Origin: Candidatus Thorarchaeota archaeon
GTDB taxonomy: Archaea; Asgardarchaeota; Thorarchaeia; Thorarchaeales; Thorarchaeaceae
Direction of reading: 5' to 3'
Length of the DNA: 64,000 nucleotides
Assembly: GCA_029855935.1 (NCBI GenBank)
Contig: JAGSHN010000031.1
Coordinates: 32,001 to 96,000, forward strand
In this document: in pieces, positions 37,382 through 47,937 of the stretch
How positions within the stretch are numbered: the stretch's first letter is position 1
Layout: each line of letters starts with the position of its first letter
Translations under genes and position numbers: made by a program
The notes under the pieces: model-generated
Seen by the model: only the letters and a program-made list of their open reading frames with translations
Database searches by the model: none
Told to the model about the DNA's origin: nothing

Positions 37382-39001
37382 TCACCGTTCCCTCAGGCGC
37401 GGGTTCAGCACCTGGTCGAGTGTGTGACCAACGAACGTGAAGGCCAGCGACAGGAGAGTGATCATCAGTCCCGGGAAGACGACCACCCACCACGCACCGT
37501 TGCTGAAGCCACCAGCAGCCTGGGCGTCGGCGAGCATGCGTCCCCAGCTGGGTTGGCTGGGATCAGTCAGTCCGAGGAAGGAGAGGCCAGCCTCTGAGAG
37601 GATTGCGCCTACGACGCCCAGCGTGATGTCGGCAAAGAGTATGGGTGTCACGTTGGGGAGGATGTGCCTGAATATGATGTAGGTGTCTGAGGCACCGATG
37701 GCACGCGCGGACTCCACGTATGCCTTGTTCTTCTCGGCCATAACTTGAGACCGAATCAGCCGTGACGTACCGGTCCATCCAAGTATCGCTATGACGACGA
37801 TGATGTTCTCAATGGTTGGTCCGAGGAACGCCGCGAGCACCATCATAAGCGGCAGTCCCGGGATGACGAGCAGAAAGTCAACGATTCGCATCAGTATCTC
37901 ATCGATTTTCCCGCCGAAATATCCCGATGTCAGACCGACAATCACACCGACACCGCTAGAGAGAAGGGTGGCCAAGATACCGATTGTCAGGCTGATTCGT
38001 GTTCCGAACACCAGCTGAGACCACGCGTCAGCACCCTTGTCGGTGGTCCCCAATAGGCCAAAGTAGGGCCCGTAGGCGTAGACGCTCACGTGGGTTATGT
38101 CGACTGATACGGAGCCGTCGTAGTCATGCCAGTTAAGAAACATGTTCTTGGTGGGCGCAAGACCCACAGCCAGTGTCAAGACATCCGTGGGATCCTCTTG
38201 ACCATTGCCGTTGTCCACCATTCCGCCCCACGCCTCAAGGATGTCAAACCAGCTCAGGTCCATCCCACGGGTGATGTCGGTATTCGAGTACGGTGGGTAC
38301 GACTTGTAGATCATCCTCCAGTTGCCTGACGAGTCGATGAGCCAGGCGTAGACCTTGAACATCAGGCCGCCATCAGACTTTGTTGCAAAGTCACCGCTGA
38401 GATGAACTCTCAGCCTGATGCTGACATTCACGTCGCTTGGCAAGCGCTCGTACGGCCAATCAAAAGACTGCGTGAAATAGACGAAGTCACGTACATCGGG
38501 CATCTGGCTTGAGGCATTGAATGGCAGATTGAAACGCGGACGGTCACTACTGTTGTGCATCCAAGTCAGACGGACATAATTCTCGTCCCCGGGACCAGTA
38601 CTCAGATGATGACTTCCCGTGAAGTATGAGTGGTTGCCGTAGGTCTGCGAGCCGTAGAACTGAATGTGATTAGTCTGTAGCGGATCGTCAGGAGTATATG
38701 TCATCGATAGGTCGGGGTCGGGCAGGTACTCGCCAGTCTGTACGGCTCCCGGGTCAAAGACGCTCATCCACGATGGCGCAAGGAACGAAGGGGCTATCTT
38801 GTTGCCGGGGGAGGGGTTGTACGACACAAAGTATGGCGCGCCTATTGCCAAGACGATAAAGAATGTGAGAATGGCAACACCAATTACACCCATCCTGTGA
38901 CGTTTGTACTCGCCCCAGAAGGTCACCCAGCCGATGTACCAATTGCTGTCGCGCCAGCTCTTCGTCGCCTTCGACAATACAGTCACCTTCTTGGCTCGCA
39001 A
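37382..39001 (-). CDS. dppC: Peptide ABC permease DppC with large extracellular insertion (copy 1)
   Basis: LGTTDKGAD, YVESARAIGA, RHILPN, SWGRML. Confidence 0.9.
   Translation of the reverse strand: MRAKKVTVLSKATKSWRDSNWYIGWVTFWGEYKRHRMGVIGVAILTFFIVLAIGAPYFVSYNPSPGNKIAPSFLAPSWMSVFDPGAVQTGEYLPDPDLSMTYTPDDPLQTNHIQFYGSQTYGNHSYFTGSHHLSTGPGDENYVRLTWMHNSSDRPRFNLPFNASSQMPDVRDFVYFTQSFDWPYERLPSDVNVSIRLRVHLSGDFATKSDGGLMFKVYAWLIDSSGNWRMIYKSYPPYSNTDITRGMDLSWFDILEAWGGMVDNGNGQEDPTDVLTLAVGLAPTKNMFLNWHDYDGSVSVDITHVSVYAYGPYFGLLGTTDKGADAWSQLVFGTRISLTIGILATLLSSGVGVIVGLTSGYFGGKIDEILMRIVDFLLVIPGLPLMMVLAAFLGPTIENIIVVIAILGWTGTSRLIRSQVMAEKNKAYVESARAIGASDTYIIFRHILPNVTPILFADITLGVVGAILSEAGLSFLGLTDPSQPSWGRMLADAQAAGGFSNGAWWVVVFPGLMITLLSLAFTFVGHTLDQVLNPRLRER
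37404..37904 (-). repeat. ~500-bp mosaic near-identical inverted repeat, copy 1
   Basis: Reverse complement matches 56754..57254 in long identical blocks. Confidence 0.9.
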
Positions 39002-39200
39002 GCACCTCTCCCGTCAGGATATCCAGGGCTTTGCATGACAGCCAGCGTGCGCGAGCCTTCAAACACCTTATCAAGATTGTGGACTGCGTACAACGCACGT
39101 TCAGTAAACCCTAAAGCCCAGCTTGTCGAGACTCAGAGTCAGTGACTTGGCGGTGGAAAACTTGAGAACAGACAGCCAGCTTTCCGACGAGGATGTTGCC

Positions 39201-40304
39201 ATGACAGTGCCGGCGCAGGAGTCGCCCGAATACGTGAGGACAAGCCTCGCCGCTGCGATGACGATTGGAAAGGTGCAAGGGAGATTCTATAGAGATGCCA
39301 AACTGTACTGTATCAACATCCTGTTGACGTACGACGAGGGGTGTCACGCCAAGTGTGCCTACTGTGGCCTCTCGGGGTCGCGGCAGACCGAGAGGGAGTG
39401 GACAGAGAACTCTTTCATCAGAGTGGACTGGCCCGTCTTTCCCGTCGAGGACATAAAACAGGCATTGCATGATGGTACCTGTCCACACGTTGAGAGGGTC
39501 TGTGTGTCAATGATCACCCACAGACGGGCTCGCGAAGACTGCCTCACAGTGGTCAGGGATCTAAGGGATGTCATCCCACATATCTCGGTGCTCATAACTC
39601 CCACAATCATCAACCGCGACTGGCTTGAGCGGGCCAAGGAGGCGGGAGCAGACAAGGTCGGGATAGCGATAGACGCTGCCACACCAGAGATCTTTGAGAA
39701 ACTGAGGGGGAGAGGAGTGAGAGGCCCTCACAAATGGGAGAGATACTGGCAGACGGTGGCAGACGCTGTCGAGATATTCGGGCCTGAGAATGTTGGCATA
39801 CACCTGATAGTGGGCATCGGCGAGACCGAGAGGGAGATGGTGATGGCAATCCAGAGGGCCCAGAATCTAGGTGCGAGAACACACCTATTCTCGTTCTTCC
39901 CAGAGGAGGGATCGGTGATGGAGGACTGGCCACAGCCCCCCATTGGCGCCTACAGACGGGTGCAGCTGGCCCGCTACATCATAAACAAGGGCATTGGTTC
40001 GGCGCACGACATGCAGTTCAACGAGAGAGGACAGATCGTGTCCTTCGGCATCGCCGATGACGTGCTCGAACAGGTGATTGCTGATGGAGAGGCCTTTATG
40101 ACATCAGGCTGCAGCGGGGAAACAATGGACAACGCGTGCAACAGGCCTTTCGGCAACTGCACACCCTATCAGGCCTCTGTCGGCCACTGGAGAAACTTCC
40201 CAATGCGACCGTCACCAGAGGACATTGAGCTGGTTCGGCAACAGATCTGGGACTACTCAACAGAATACCACGAGCCAGAGGTCGATAGCGATATTGAGCG
40301 ATGA
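39201..40304 (+). CDS. lipS2: Radical SAM lipoyl synthase subunit LipS2-like
   Basis: CHAKCAYC; TSGC...CNRP motif. Confidence 0.75.
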   Translation: MTVPAQESPEYVRTSLAAAMTIGKVQGRFYRDAKLYCINILLTYDEGCHAKCAYCGLSGSRQTEREWTENSFIRVDWPVFPVEDIKQALHDGTCPHVERVCVSMITHRRAREDCLTVVRDLRDVIPHISVLITPTIINRDWLERAKEAGADKVGIAIDAATPEIFEKLRGRGVRGPHKWERYWQTVADAVEIFGPENVGIHLIVGIGETEREMVMAIQRAQNLGARTHLFSFFPEEGSVMEDWPQPPIGAYRRVQLARYIINKGIGSAHDMQFNERGQIVSFGIADDVLEQVIADGEAFMTSGCSGETMDNACNRPFGNCTPYQASVGHWRNFPMRPSPEDIELVRQQIWDYSTEYHEPEVDSDIER

Positions 40305-41289
40305 GATAGACAGCGTCTTTCGAATGCCTGGTGGAGAGCTTAAGACGCTGTATGACAGGGCATTCAGGATAGGTCGGAGGGTCGCTGGCGACAGAATTGC
40401 GTTCTATGCACCAGGTATGGTGCACTATGACACAGAGTTCTACACCGCGACGGACCCGTATAGATTTCCTAGTATCTCAATCACAGGAGCAGCCTGTTCA
40501 CTGAACTGCGAGCATTGCAGTGGGCATCTCCTAGAGACTATGATTCCGGCCCCGACACCAGAGGCGCTGTGGCAGGTCCTGAAGAAGGTCAAGGAGAAGG
40601 GAGGCGAGGGCTGTCTCATCAGTGGAGGATCGACCGCCCGCGGTGACGTTCCTCTGACAAGGTTCGTGCCGACAATTGCACGAGCCAAGCGAGAGCTCGG
40701 GCTGAGCATCGTCGTCCACACTGGTGTGGTGTACAGTGATACTGTTGAGCAGCTGGCGCGCGCGGGAATTGATGGTGCCATGCTGGACATCATAGGTTCA
40801 AGGGACACTATGAGGGAGGTCTATCATCTCGACCTTGCACCAGAGGTCTTTGACAGGTCGATGCAACTGCTGAGCGACTTTGGCATTCCTATGATGCCAC
40901 ACATTGTCGTCGGTCTGTACTACGGGAAGCTGAGGGGCGAGGCGGAGGCGATTCGGATGATATCGAAGTACAATCCCGAGTCCGTCATTGTTGTGGCCTT
41001 CAAACCTCTCGACAACACCCCGATGGAGAGTACGACGCCGCCTAGTCCGACTGACATCTCGCGGGTCATCTTGGCCGCACGACTCCAGATGCCAGATGTC
41101 CCACTCATCCTCGGCTGTGCCCGGCCCCACGGTGAACATCGTCGTGTGACGGACGTGTTGGCGCTGAGATGCGGTGTGAATGGTATTGCATATCCGACGG
41201 AAGAGGCGTATGAGGCGGCACGTGAGATGGGCCTCAAGGTAGTCATGTCGAACAAGTGTTGCTCGCTGATTGCAGATACTTTGAGATGA
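40294..41289 (+). CDS. lipS1: Radical SAM lipoyl synthase subunit LipS1-like
   Basis: CSLNCEHC; LGCARP and terminal CC. Confidence 0.75.
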   Translation: MSDEIDSVFRMPGGELKTLYDRAFRIGRRVAGDRIAFYAPGMVHYDTEFYTATDPYRFPSISITGAACSLNCEHCSGHLLETMIPAPTPEALWQVLKKVKEKGGEGCLISGGSTARGDVPLTRFVPTIARAKRELGLSIVVHTGVVYSDTVEQLARAGIDGAMLDIIGSRDTMREVYHLDLAPEVFDRSMQLLSDFGIPMMPHIVVGLYYGKLRGEAEAIRMISKYNPESVIVVAFKPLDNTPMESTTPPSPTDISRVILAARLQMPDVPLILGCARPHGEHRRVTDVLALRCGVNGIAYPTEEAYEAAREMGLKVVMSNKCCSLIADTLR

Positions 41290-41319
41290 CGGCCGCACCA
41301 CCGGAGGACTGACAATAAG

Positions 41320-42924
41320 ATGAACGACGAATGGCGACTCCTTGATACTGGTGTGTTGACGGGTGCCGAGAATATGGCACTTGATGATGCCATCCTTGAG
41401 TGCCGCGCTCAGGGACGCACCCCGAACACCCTGAGATTTCTTCAGTTCAATCCGGCAACAGTGCTGGTGGGCTACCATCAGTCGGTGAAGCAAGAGGTCA
41501 GGGTGGAGTACTGTAGAAGGAATGGGGTCGACATAAACAGAAGAATCACCGGAGGCGGCACGATATTGTTCACCCCGACTTGCCTTGGATGGGAGATCTA
41601 CGCCGACAAGTCGGCGCCGGGAATCAGGGAACTACGCTGGGACCTTGACCGCCTTGCAAGAAAGGTCTGTCAGGGCGCTGTGGCTGGTATCCGAAGACTG
41701 GGCGTTGAGGCCGAGTTTCGACCTAAGAACGATATCGAAGTCGGGGGCCGAAAGATATCTGGCACTGGCGGCACCGAGCGAGGAGATGCCTTCATGTATC
41801 AGGGGACGCTCCTCATCGACTTCGACGTTGACCTGATGCTCAAGACGCTGAGAATCCCTGTGGAGAAGCTGAAGGACAAGGAGATAGACAGCGTCAAGCA
41901 GCGAGTCACCTGCCTCAAATGGGAACTAGGGGAGGTACCTCCACTCCAACGGATAAAGAGGTCCCTCGTGGAGGGGTTTGCAGAGGTCTTTCAGGCGGAG
42001 TTCAGAGAGGAGGAACTCTACGAATGCGAAACAGAACTGCTCAAGGAGAGGCTGCCATACTTCCGGTCTGAGGAATGGGTTCACCTCATCGAGCCGCCAG
42101 AGTGGACTCAGGGCCAAGTGACGGCACTTCGCAAGACACCCGGTGGGCTGGTACGCGTCTCAATCGCGCTGAACATTCAAGGAAACTTCATCGTCAGTGC
42201 CCTCATCACGGGAGACTTTCAGGTCTTTCCGCAGAGAGCAATAATGGACCTTGAGGCAAGGCTGAAGAATCTCTCAGCAGACGAGGAGTCAATCAGAGAG
42301 GCAGTCTATGATTTCTTCCAAGAAACAGAAACACGCATCTTTGGGGTGGAACCAGACGACCTCGTACAGATAATCCTCGAGGCCGTGAAGAAGAAGGCAT
42401 TCCACGTCATCGGGCTGAATCTGGAGGAGGCGGACCACATAATGACGGTCAACTTCATGCCGGATGAGCTGCTGGAGCAATATTTCGACTACGTGCTATT
42501 ACCCTATTGTGCAAAGCTGGTCGACTGTGACTACAGATGGATTGAGGGATGTGATGCGTGCGGTGGTTGTACAATCAGTCCGGTATACGCGCTCTGTGAA
42601 ACCCTCGGCATACCAGTGCGAACGATTCAGAACTTCGAACACCTGATTGAAACCATCAACGAGTTCAAAGAGAGGGGAGCACGTGGGTACATCGGGTCCT
42701 GCTGCCAGGGATTCTACACCAAACACCACGATGACTTTGTGGATACGGAGGTACCTGCCCTCCTAGTCGACGTTGACGACTCCACGTGCTACGAGCTCGG
42801 AGAGGAACAAGAGGCCTATATCGGTCAATTCGAGGGACAGACGTCACTCAAGGATGACTTGATGGTGAAGATCATTCGCGAACTTCACAGAAGAGGACGG
42901 ATTGGTGGGGTGAAATTCGATTAG
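41320..42924 (+). CDS. lplA: Lipoate:protein ligase with C-terminal Cys-rich DUF116-like domain
   Basis: NMALD, RRITGGG, NDI..GRKISG, KTPGGL; LPYC...C..CGGC. Confidence 0.85.
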   Translation: MNDEWRLLDTGVLTGAENMALDDAILECRAQGRTPNTLRFLQFNPATVLVGYHQSVKQEVRVEYCRRNGVDINRRITGGGTILFTPTCLGWEIYADKSAPGIRELRWDLDRLARKVCQGAVAGIRRLGVEAEFRPKNDIEVGGRKISGTGGTERGDAFMYQGTLLIDFDVDLMLKTLRIPVEKLKDKEIDSVKQRVTCLKWELGEVPPLQRIKRSLVEGFAEVFQAEFREEELYECETELLKERLPYFRSEEWVHLIEPPEWTQGQVTALRKTPGGLVRVSIALNIQGNFIVSALITGDFQVFPQRAIMDLEARLKNLSADEESIREAVYDFFQETETRIFGVEPDDLVQIILEAVKKKAFHVIGLNLEEADHIMTVNFMPDELLEQYFDYVLLPYCAKLVDCDYRWIEGCDACGGCTISPVYALCETLGIPVRTIQNFEHLIETINEFKERGARGYIGSCCQGFYTKHHDDFVDTEVPALLVDVDDSTCYELGEEQEAYIGQFEGQTSLKDDLMVKIIRELHRRGRIGGVKFD

Positions 42925-42934
42925 GAAGTTCGAT

Positions 42935-43981
42935 GTGATCGTTGTGGGTGGTGGGCCAGCAGGTGCCGCTACTGCGATTGTCAGTGCCCGACGTGGACAC
43001 AGAGTTTTACTCATTGAGAGAGGAGTCCCCCCACGACACAAGCCGTGCGGAGGGGTCCTCCCGCAGGTAGCCGAGGAGACCATTGAGGACATCATCGGTG
43101 TACCAATCCCCGAGGAGGTCTTCTCAGACCCGTCGCACCTTGGTCTCTACTACGTACCACCCTCAGGGAGAGAGAATGGCGGACGCGTCCGTGGCTACTC
43201 CATACTCAACGTTGACAGGGACGCATTCGATGACTGGATCCTCACACGAGCGATAGTGAACGGAGTCCAAGTGAAGTTCGGTGCCACCTTTGTTGGATTT
43301 GTTGACAAGTCGCACACGGAGGTCGTCTACTCAAGTCCCGAGGGGATACACAGGGCAAGGGCCAGATTCGTCGTGGGCGCAGATGGTGTCCGGTCAAGAG
43401 TTCGGGATGCTCTGGGTGGGGGACCTGTTCCGCTGCTCGTAGTGGCCCAGTACTATCTTCCTCGGCAGGCCGCGGGGGCCATTGCGAACTGCTTCTACGG
43501 GCTTTTCCGCGAGGACATCTCTCCCTCATACGCCTATGCTATTCCCAAGGACAAGTCGCTCATTGTGGGCACTGGGGTCTTGCCGAAACAGGAGCCAAAT
43601 GTAGCCGTGGCCATGCGGGCATTGCTACTGTGGATCAGAGAGGAGTTCGGCGTGGCCACGGAGACCATCCTGAGGAGAGAGGCGTGGGCCATACCATACG
43701 GATTCTTCAATCCGGGAGAGCGAAATGTCATCCTCGTCGGAGACGCGGCCGGTCTGTGCAATCCGCTCTCGGGAGAGGGTATCAGGCTCGCCATCGAGTC
43801 CGGAGAGGCCGCAGCTGACGCCATCGACCAGGCAACCAGAGACAGTGATGCTGCAGACATCTATCGCAGTGGTGTGAGGCGTATCGCGGACTTTGTCCAG
43901 TCGGTCAGAGAGACGATCGATGGCTGGTCGAACGGTGATAGAGAGCAGTTCGTGAGGGAAGAGCTGACAAGGAGAATGTGA
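42935..43981 (+). CDS. Geranylgeranyl-reductase-family FAD oxidoreductase (LipT-like context)
   Basis: VVGGGPAG, KPCGG, GADG, VGDAAG..NPLSGEGI. Confidence 0.85.
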   Translation: MIVVGGGPAGAATAIVSARRGHRVLLIERGVPPRHKPCGGVLPQVAEETIEDIIGVPIPEEVFSDPSHLGLYYVPPSGRENGGRVRGYSILNVDRDAFDDWILTRAIVNGVQVKFGATFVGFVDKSHTEVVYSSPEGIHRARARFVVGADGVRSRVRDALGGGPVPLLVVAQYYLPRQAAGAIANCFYGLFREDISPSYAYAIPKDKSLIVGTGVLPKQEPNVAVAMRALLLWIREEFGVATETILRREAWAIPYGFFNPGERNVILVGDAAGLCNPLSGEGIRLAIESGEAAADAIDQATRDSDAADIYRSGVRRIADFVQSVRETIDGWSNGDREQFVREELTRRM

Positions 43982-44125
43982 GTCATTCGCGTCCCCATCA
44001 AGGAGAGAGCGGACAGAACTCGCCAGTGGGAGTAGCATACTGTACTGTCTGATGGAGGAGTGGAGATGATAAGAAAAAGGGGAGCGCATGGGGAGTACTA
44101 TGACTCCTCATGCCTGTTGCTCGGG

Positions 44126-45175
44126 CTATCCGTACTTGATTCGTGGATCAAGCACGCCGTACAGCAGGTCCGCCACGAAGTTGGCGAGCACCGCCGTGAT
44201 GGCGATGATCATAAAGATTGCCTGCACGACGGGATAGTCCAGCCGGACTAGACTATCGAAGATGTATCTGCCGAGCCCACGCCAGTTGAACACGGTCTCA
44301 GTAAGCGTTGCCCCGTTGATGAGGAAACCGAAGGTCATTGCAATGATTGTGACCATCGGCAGCAGCGCGTTCTTCAGACCGTGCTTGTAGAGGACTTGGT
44401 TCTCGTCAAGGCCCTTGGCCCGAGCGGTGAGAATGTAGTCCTCTGTCATGACGTCGATCAGGTTGTTGCGCATATACAGGAAGTATCCACCGTAGCCTCC
44501 GACGCCCAGAGCGACCATCGGCAATATCAGGTGGTGAAGGATGTTGCCGGCCACGTATAGTGGCCCCAGCGGGTCGTCTTTGACTGCCACCCAGAGTTCG
44601 TAGTCCATCGTACCTCGCAACGGGAAGCTAATCAGACCATTCGTCCATATTGGCATGTAGAAGGCAAAGACCATCAGGAGCAGCATTCCCAGCCAGAATA
44701 TGGGGAGGGCGTAGATGAACAGTGCCACTGTGACGGCGGTTACATCCTTTGTGGAGCCGGGCTCAGCAGCGACCTTCACACCAGTCCAGATGCCCAAGAT
44801 GATTGATACTATGGAGGAGGTCCCCATCAACAGCAGAGTGTTGGGAAGACGACTCATTATCTCATCGATGACAAGGCCCTTGCTGACAAAGGACCTGCCA
44901 AAGTTGCCGGTGAACATGTTGACGATGTAGCGCCAGAACATGTATATCCAGTCGAAGATGTCAGGGTCTGGTACCAGACCAAATCTGAGATAGATCTCCT
45001 CGAGAGCCTCACGGGTCAGGTTTCTCCGGAGGTTCTCGTCAATCATCAGGTCAACGGGACTGATGCCGAGTACAAACGTCGGAAGCCTGAACAGAAAGAA
45101 GTTGAAACAGACGACTGCAACTATCAGCAGGAACATGTAGATGCTTCGTCTGATGACGTATTCTCGGAGCCCCAA
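44126..45175 (-). CDS. dppB: Peptide ABC permease DppB
   Basis: FGRSF, RLPNT, DYILTARAKG, DPRI. Confidence 0.9.
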   Translation of the reverse strand: MGLREYVIRRSIYMFLLIVAVVCFNFFLFRLPTFVLGISPVDLMIDENLRRNLTREALEEIYLRFGLVPDPDIFDWIYMFWRYIVNMFTGNFGRSFVSKGLVIDEIMSRLPNTLLLMGTSSIVSIILGIWTGVKVAAEPGSTKDVTAVTVALFIYALPIFWLGMLLLMVFAFYMPIWTNGLISFPLRGTMDYELWVAVKDDPLGPLYVAGNILHHLILPMVALGVGGYGGYFLYMRNNLIDVMTEDYILTARAKGLDENQVLYKHGLKNALLPMVTIIAMTFGFLINGATLTETVFNWRGLGRYIFDSLVRLDYPVVQAIFMIIAITAVLANFVADLLYGVLDPRIKYG

Positions 45176-45361
45176 AGAATCACCTTCTCATACTATTCGT
45201 CACTCAGGTACCTAGTGGCGCTAAGTACCGTGTCACACTGGAGCACGAGCCTCCACCCCCATATAAGGATAATGTTCACCGCGGAGAGAGGCTGCTGCCG
45301 CTGGTGACCAGAGGAGTTTTAGGTTGCGTTCTCACCCCCGACTGCAGCAGGCGGGATCCAG

Positions 45362-46156
45362 ATGTCAGACCGGAGGAGACTGGCAGAGTTCGCGGTTCTC
45401 ATCTTCGCATACGTCTTGTTGTCCGCTACAGCAGGCCGAATCGTCCCCGAACAGATGGAGGACGCGGTTGCAACAGTCACATTCTTCGCAGTGCTATTTC
45501 TGATGTATGTCACCGTTGCGCTTTTCTTGGACAGAGAGGGGGGCGGATCGGTCTCCACTCTGGGGTTGCAACAAGATGGGAAGGCGGTGCAACAGATCTC
45601 AGCGGGCGTTCTGGCCGGCGTCGGCGCTGCAATGTCGGTCACGCTGCTGGCAATACTGCTCGGGGGTCAGCTACGCCCGGCGAGCGACGTGACTGCCGGG
45701 CTCCTCATCTCGACAGCGTCCATTGCCGTCATTGTATCATTTGTTGAGGAGCTGACCTATAGGGGATATCTCCTGACAAGGATGGAGAAGTGTCTTGGAC
45801 AACGCCTTGCCATCGTCGGAAGCTCTGTGTTCTTCTCGCTGATGCACTTCTCATGGTGGACTCCGCCCTATCAGGTCCCCCCATATCTCGTGGCGATGTT
45901 CACCGCCAATATCTTCGTCGGTGGATGCACCCTTGCACTTGCATACTACTGGTCGGGTAGAAGACTCTGGGCCCCGATGGCGTTCCACGCTTCGTGGAAT
46001 GTCGTGGCATACGCTCTCTTTCCGATATACCCTCGAGAGAACGTCACTCAGGTCATCCTGACCCAGATAGAGTGGGGAGCCACTACTCTAGTGGGCTTCG
46101 CCATCGGCATCATTCTTCTCTGGCTCCTACTCACGGAGGGAGAAAAACAGGTGTAG
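45362..46156 (+). CDS. CPBP (CAAX/Abi) intramembrane metalloprotease
   Basis: EELTYRG, FSLMH, HASWN. Confidence 0.85.
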   Translation: MSDRRRLAEFAVLIFAYVLLSATAGRIVPEQMEDAVATVTFFAVLFLMYVTVALFLDREGGGSVSTLGLQQDGKAVQQISAGVLAGVGAAMSVTLLAILLGGQLRPASDVTAGLLISTASIAVIVSFVEELTYRGYLLTRMEKCLGQRLAIVGSSVFFSLMHFSWWTPPYQVPPYLVAMFTANIFVGGCTLALAYYWSGRRLWAPMAFHASWNVVAYALFPIYPRENVTQVILTQIEWGATTLVGFAIGIILLWLLLTEGEKQV

Positions 46157-46211
46157 GAGGCGGGCATAGAATCCGCCTCACCACATAACTTCAGCGTGCT
46201 GATACTGTGCC

Positions 46212-46931
46212 CTACTCGCTTGGCTGGGGACCGGTCAACCCTTCACGAGGACCGGACTCTTCCTCCTCATATGGCACCACAAGCATCGTCATACCGCTCA
46301 CGCCGAGCACTCTGACAGTCTGGCCGGTCTTGACGTGATCACCAACGGTGCGCGCCCACCAGATCTCGGCACCTGACTTGACCTTGCCCTTGGGAGCAAG
46401 GTCCGTTATGGCAACAGCCGTGGTGGGACCAAAGGTATAGTCTGGCCACTTGTCGTAGTCTCTCAGAAGCACCATATAGACGCCCATCAGAGCGAGAGCA
46501 GTGCCTGCCATTATGTACACTGCAAGCTGATGCGACGGGTCGGCCAACGTGGCGACCACTATTGCAAGCGCGTAGATTGGGCAGAACTTCAAGGCAACCT
46601 TGGCGTTGAGAAAGCCGCCGTGGAGGAAGCTCCCGCCACCAGCAAACATGGCGACCATCAGAAACAAGACGACCGCTATCACAAGCAGCTTGCCAGTGTC
46701 GAACTGCGCGTTGCCAAGGAAGACCTCAAAGACAAAGAGAAGTACTACCAGTGGGATGACCACCTGTGCCATGGCCTTCCCTGTCGCGGGCTCCAGTGTC
46801 AACACCATCAGAGTGAGTATGACAGCCATCAGAATCAGTCCTATGAAGGGGTCATACATGACGTATCCTATGACCCAGCTGAGCAGGGTCAGCATCAGCA
46901 GGACAATGCACATCTTCACCCAAGCGTCCAA
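46212..46931 (-). CDS. NfeD-family membrane protein
   Basis: Multi-TM plus OB-fold tail GKVKSGAEIWWAR; adjacent to SPFH gene. Confidence 0.8.
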   Translation of the reverse strand: MDAWVKMCIVLLMLTLLSWVIGYVMYDPFIGLILMAVILTLMVLTLEPATGKAMAQVVIPLVVLLFVFEVFLGNAQFDTGKLLVIAVVLFLMVAMFAGGGSFLHGGFLNAKVALKFCPIYALAIVVATLADPSHQLAVYIMAGTALALMGVYMVLLRDYDKWPDYTFGPTTAVAITDLAPKGKVKSGAEIWWARTVGDHVKTGQTVRVLGVSGMTMLVVPYEEEESGPREGLTGPQPSE

Positions 46932-46964
46932 TCCGCCTCACCCACCCCTAGCTGAAGTCTTTAC

Positions 46965-47786
46965 CTAGCCCCCCTTGTCCGAGGGGACCCTGATGCCGCC
47001 TGTCGCCGCACTGAGGGCGGCGGACGTGCCCGCGGCCATTCCGACCTCAGGGATGTTGGTTGGCACCATAATGATGAGATTGGCATTCTTGGATATCTCT
47101 TGCATGATGTTCCATGTTCTCAGCACAAAGCCGATAGTCGACTGCTCGTATTTCCTCGCCGCCTGCAACATCGTTTCTGAGGCCTCAAGCTCTGCCTGTG
47201 CCAAGGTGATTCTAGCACGTCGCTCTCGCTCAGCCTGCGCCTCGCGGCTCATCGCATCCTGCAGCTGGGTCGGTATGACAACATCGCGAATCTCAACCGA
47301 TGAAACCTTGACGCCCCAGTGCTCGGTCTTCTCGTCGATGAGCTCCTGCAGGTGCATTGCGATCTTGTCGCGCTCGGAGAGCAGTTCATCAAGAGTGACC
47401 TTTCCTATGGTCTCTCTGAGCGTCGTCTGGGCTGCAAGCTCGACGGCAAGGGTGTACCTCTCGACCTCCAGAATTGCCTTCTCCACATCGACGACCTTGA
47501 AGTACATCACAGCGTCGACGATGACAGGGACATTGTCCTTGGTGAGTGACCTCTCGGTCTTGAAGGCGTACGTCTGAAGTCGGAGCGACACCCTCATTGC
47601 GATTGTGTCAATCACGGGTGTCACCCAGATGAGGCCAGGGCCCTTGATTCCCTTGTACTTGCCGAGCCTCATAATGGCGACACGCTCCCATTCGTTCAAC
47701 CGCTTGATGCCGCTCGCTATGATCATCAGGATGACAAGCAAGAGCAGCCCAAATAGAACCCATAGCATCGTTGGATCAATCTGCAA
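46965..47786 (-). CDS. Stomatin/SPFH protein
   Basis: RLGKY..GPG, TKDNV..VDAV, AQTTLR, AQAERERRA. Confidence 0.95.
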   Translation of the reverse strand: MQIDPTMLWVLFGLLLLVILMIIASGIKRLNEWERVAIMRLGKYKGIKGPGLIWVTPVIDTIAMRVSLRLQTYAFKTERSLTKDNVPVIVDAVMYFKVVDVEKAILEVERYTLAVELAAQTTLRETIGKVTLDELLSERDKIAMHLQELIDEKTEHWGVKVSSVEIRDVVIPTQLQDAMSREAQAERERRARITLAQAELEASETMLQAARKYEQSTIGFVLRTWNIMQEISKNANLIIMVPTNIPEVGMAAGTSAALSAATGGIRVPSDKGG

Positions 47787-47937
47787 CTCTTCAATCTCCC
47801 TCTGACAAGTCTATGCGACCTCGGAGCAGATGTCTACTCCGGGCCGCAGTCGAATCATGTGCATATTAATCTTGACACCCACGTGGTGATGCTGGAGATC
47901 TGTGTCGCACCGTGTGGCTCCCTAGCGAGCCCGAGTC

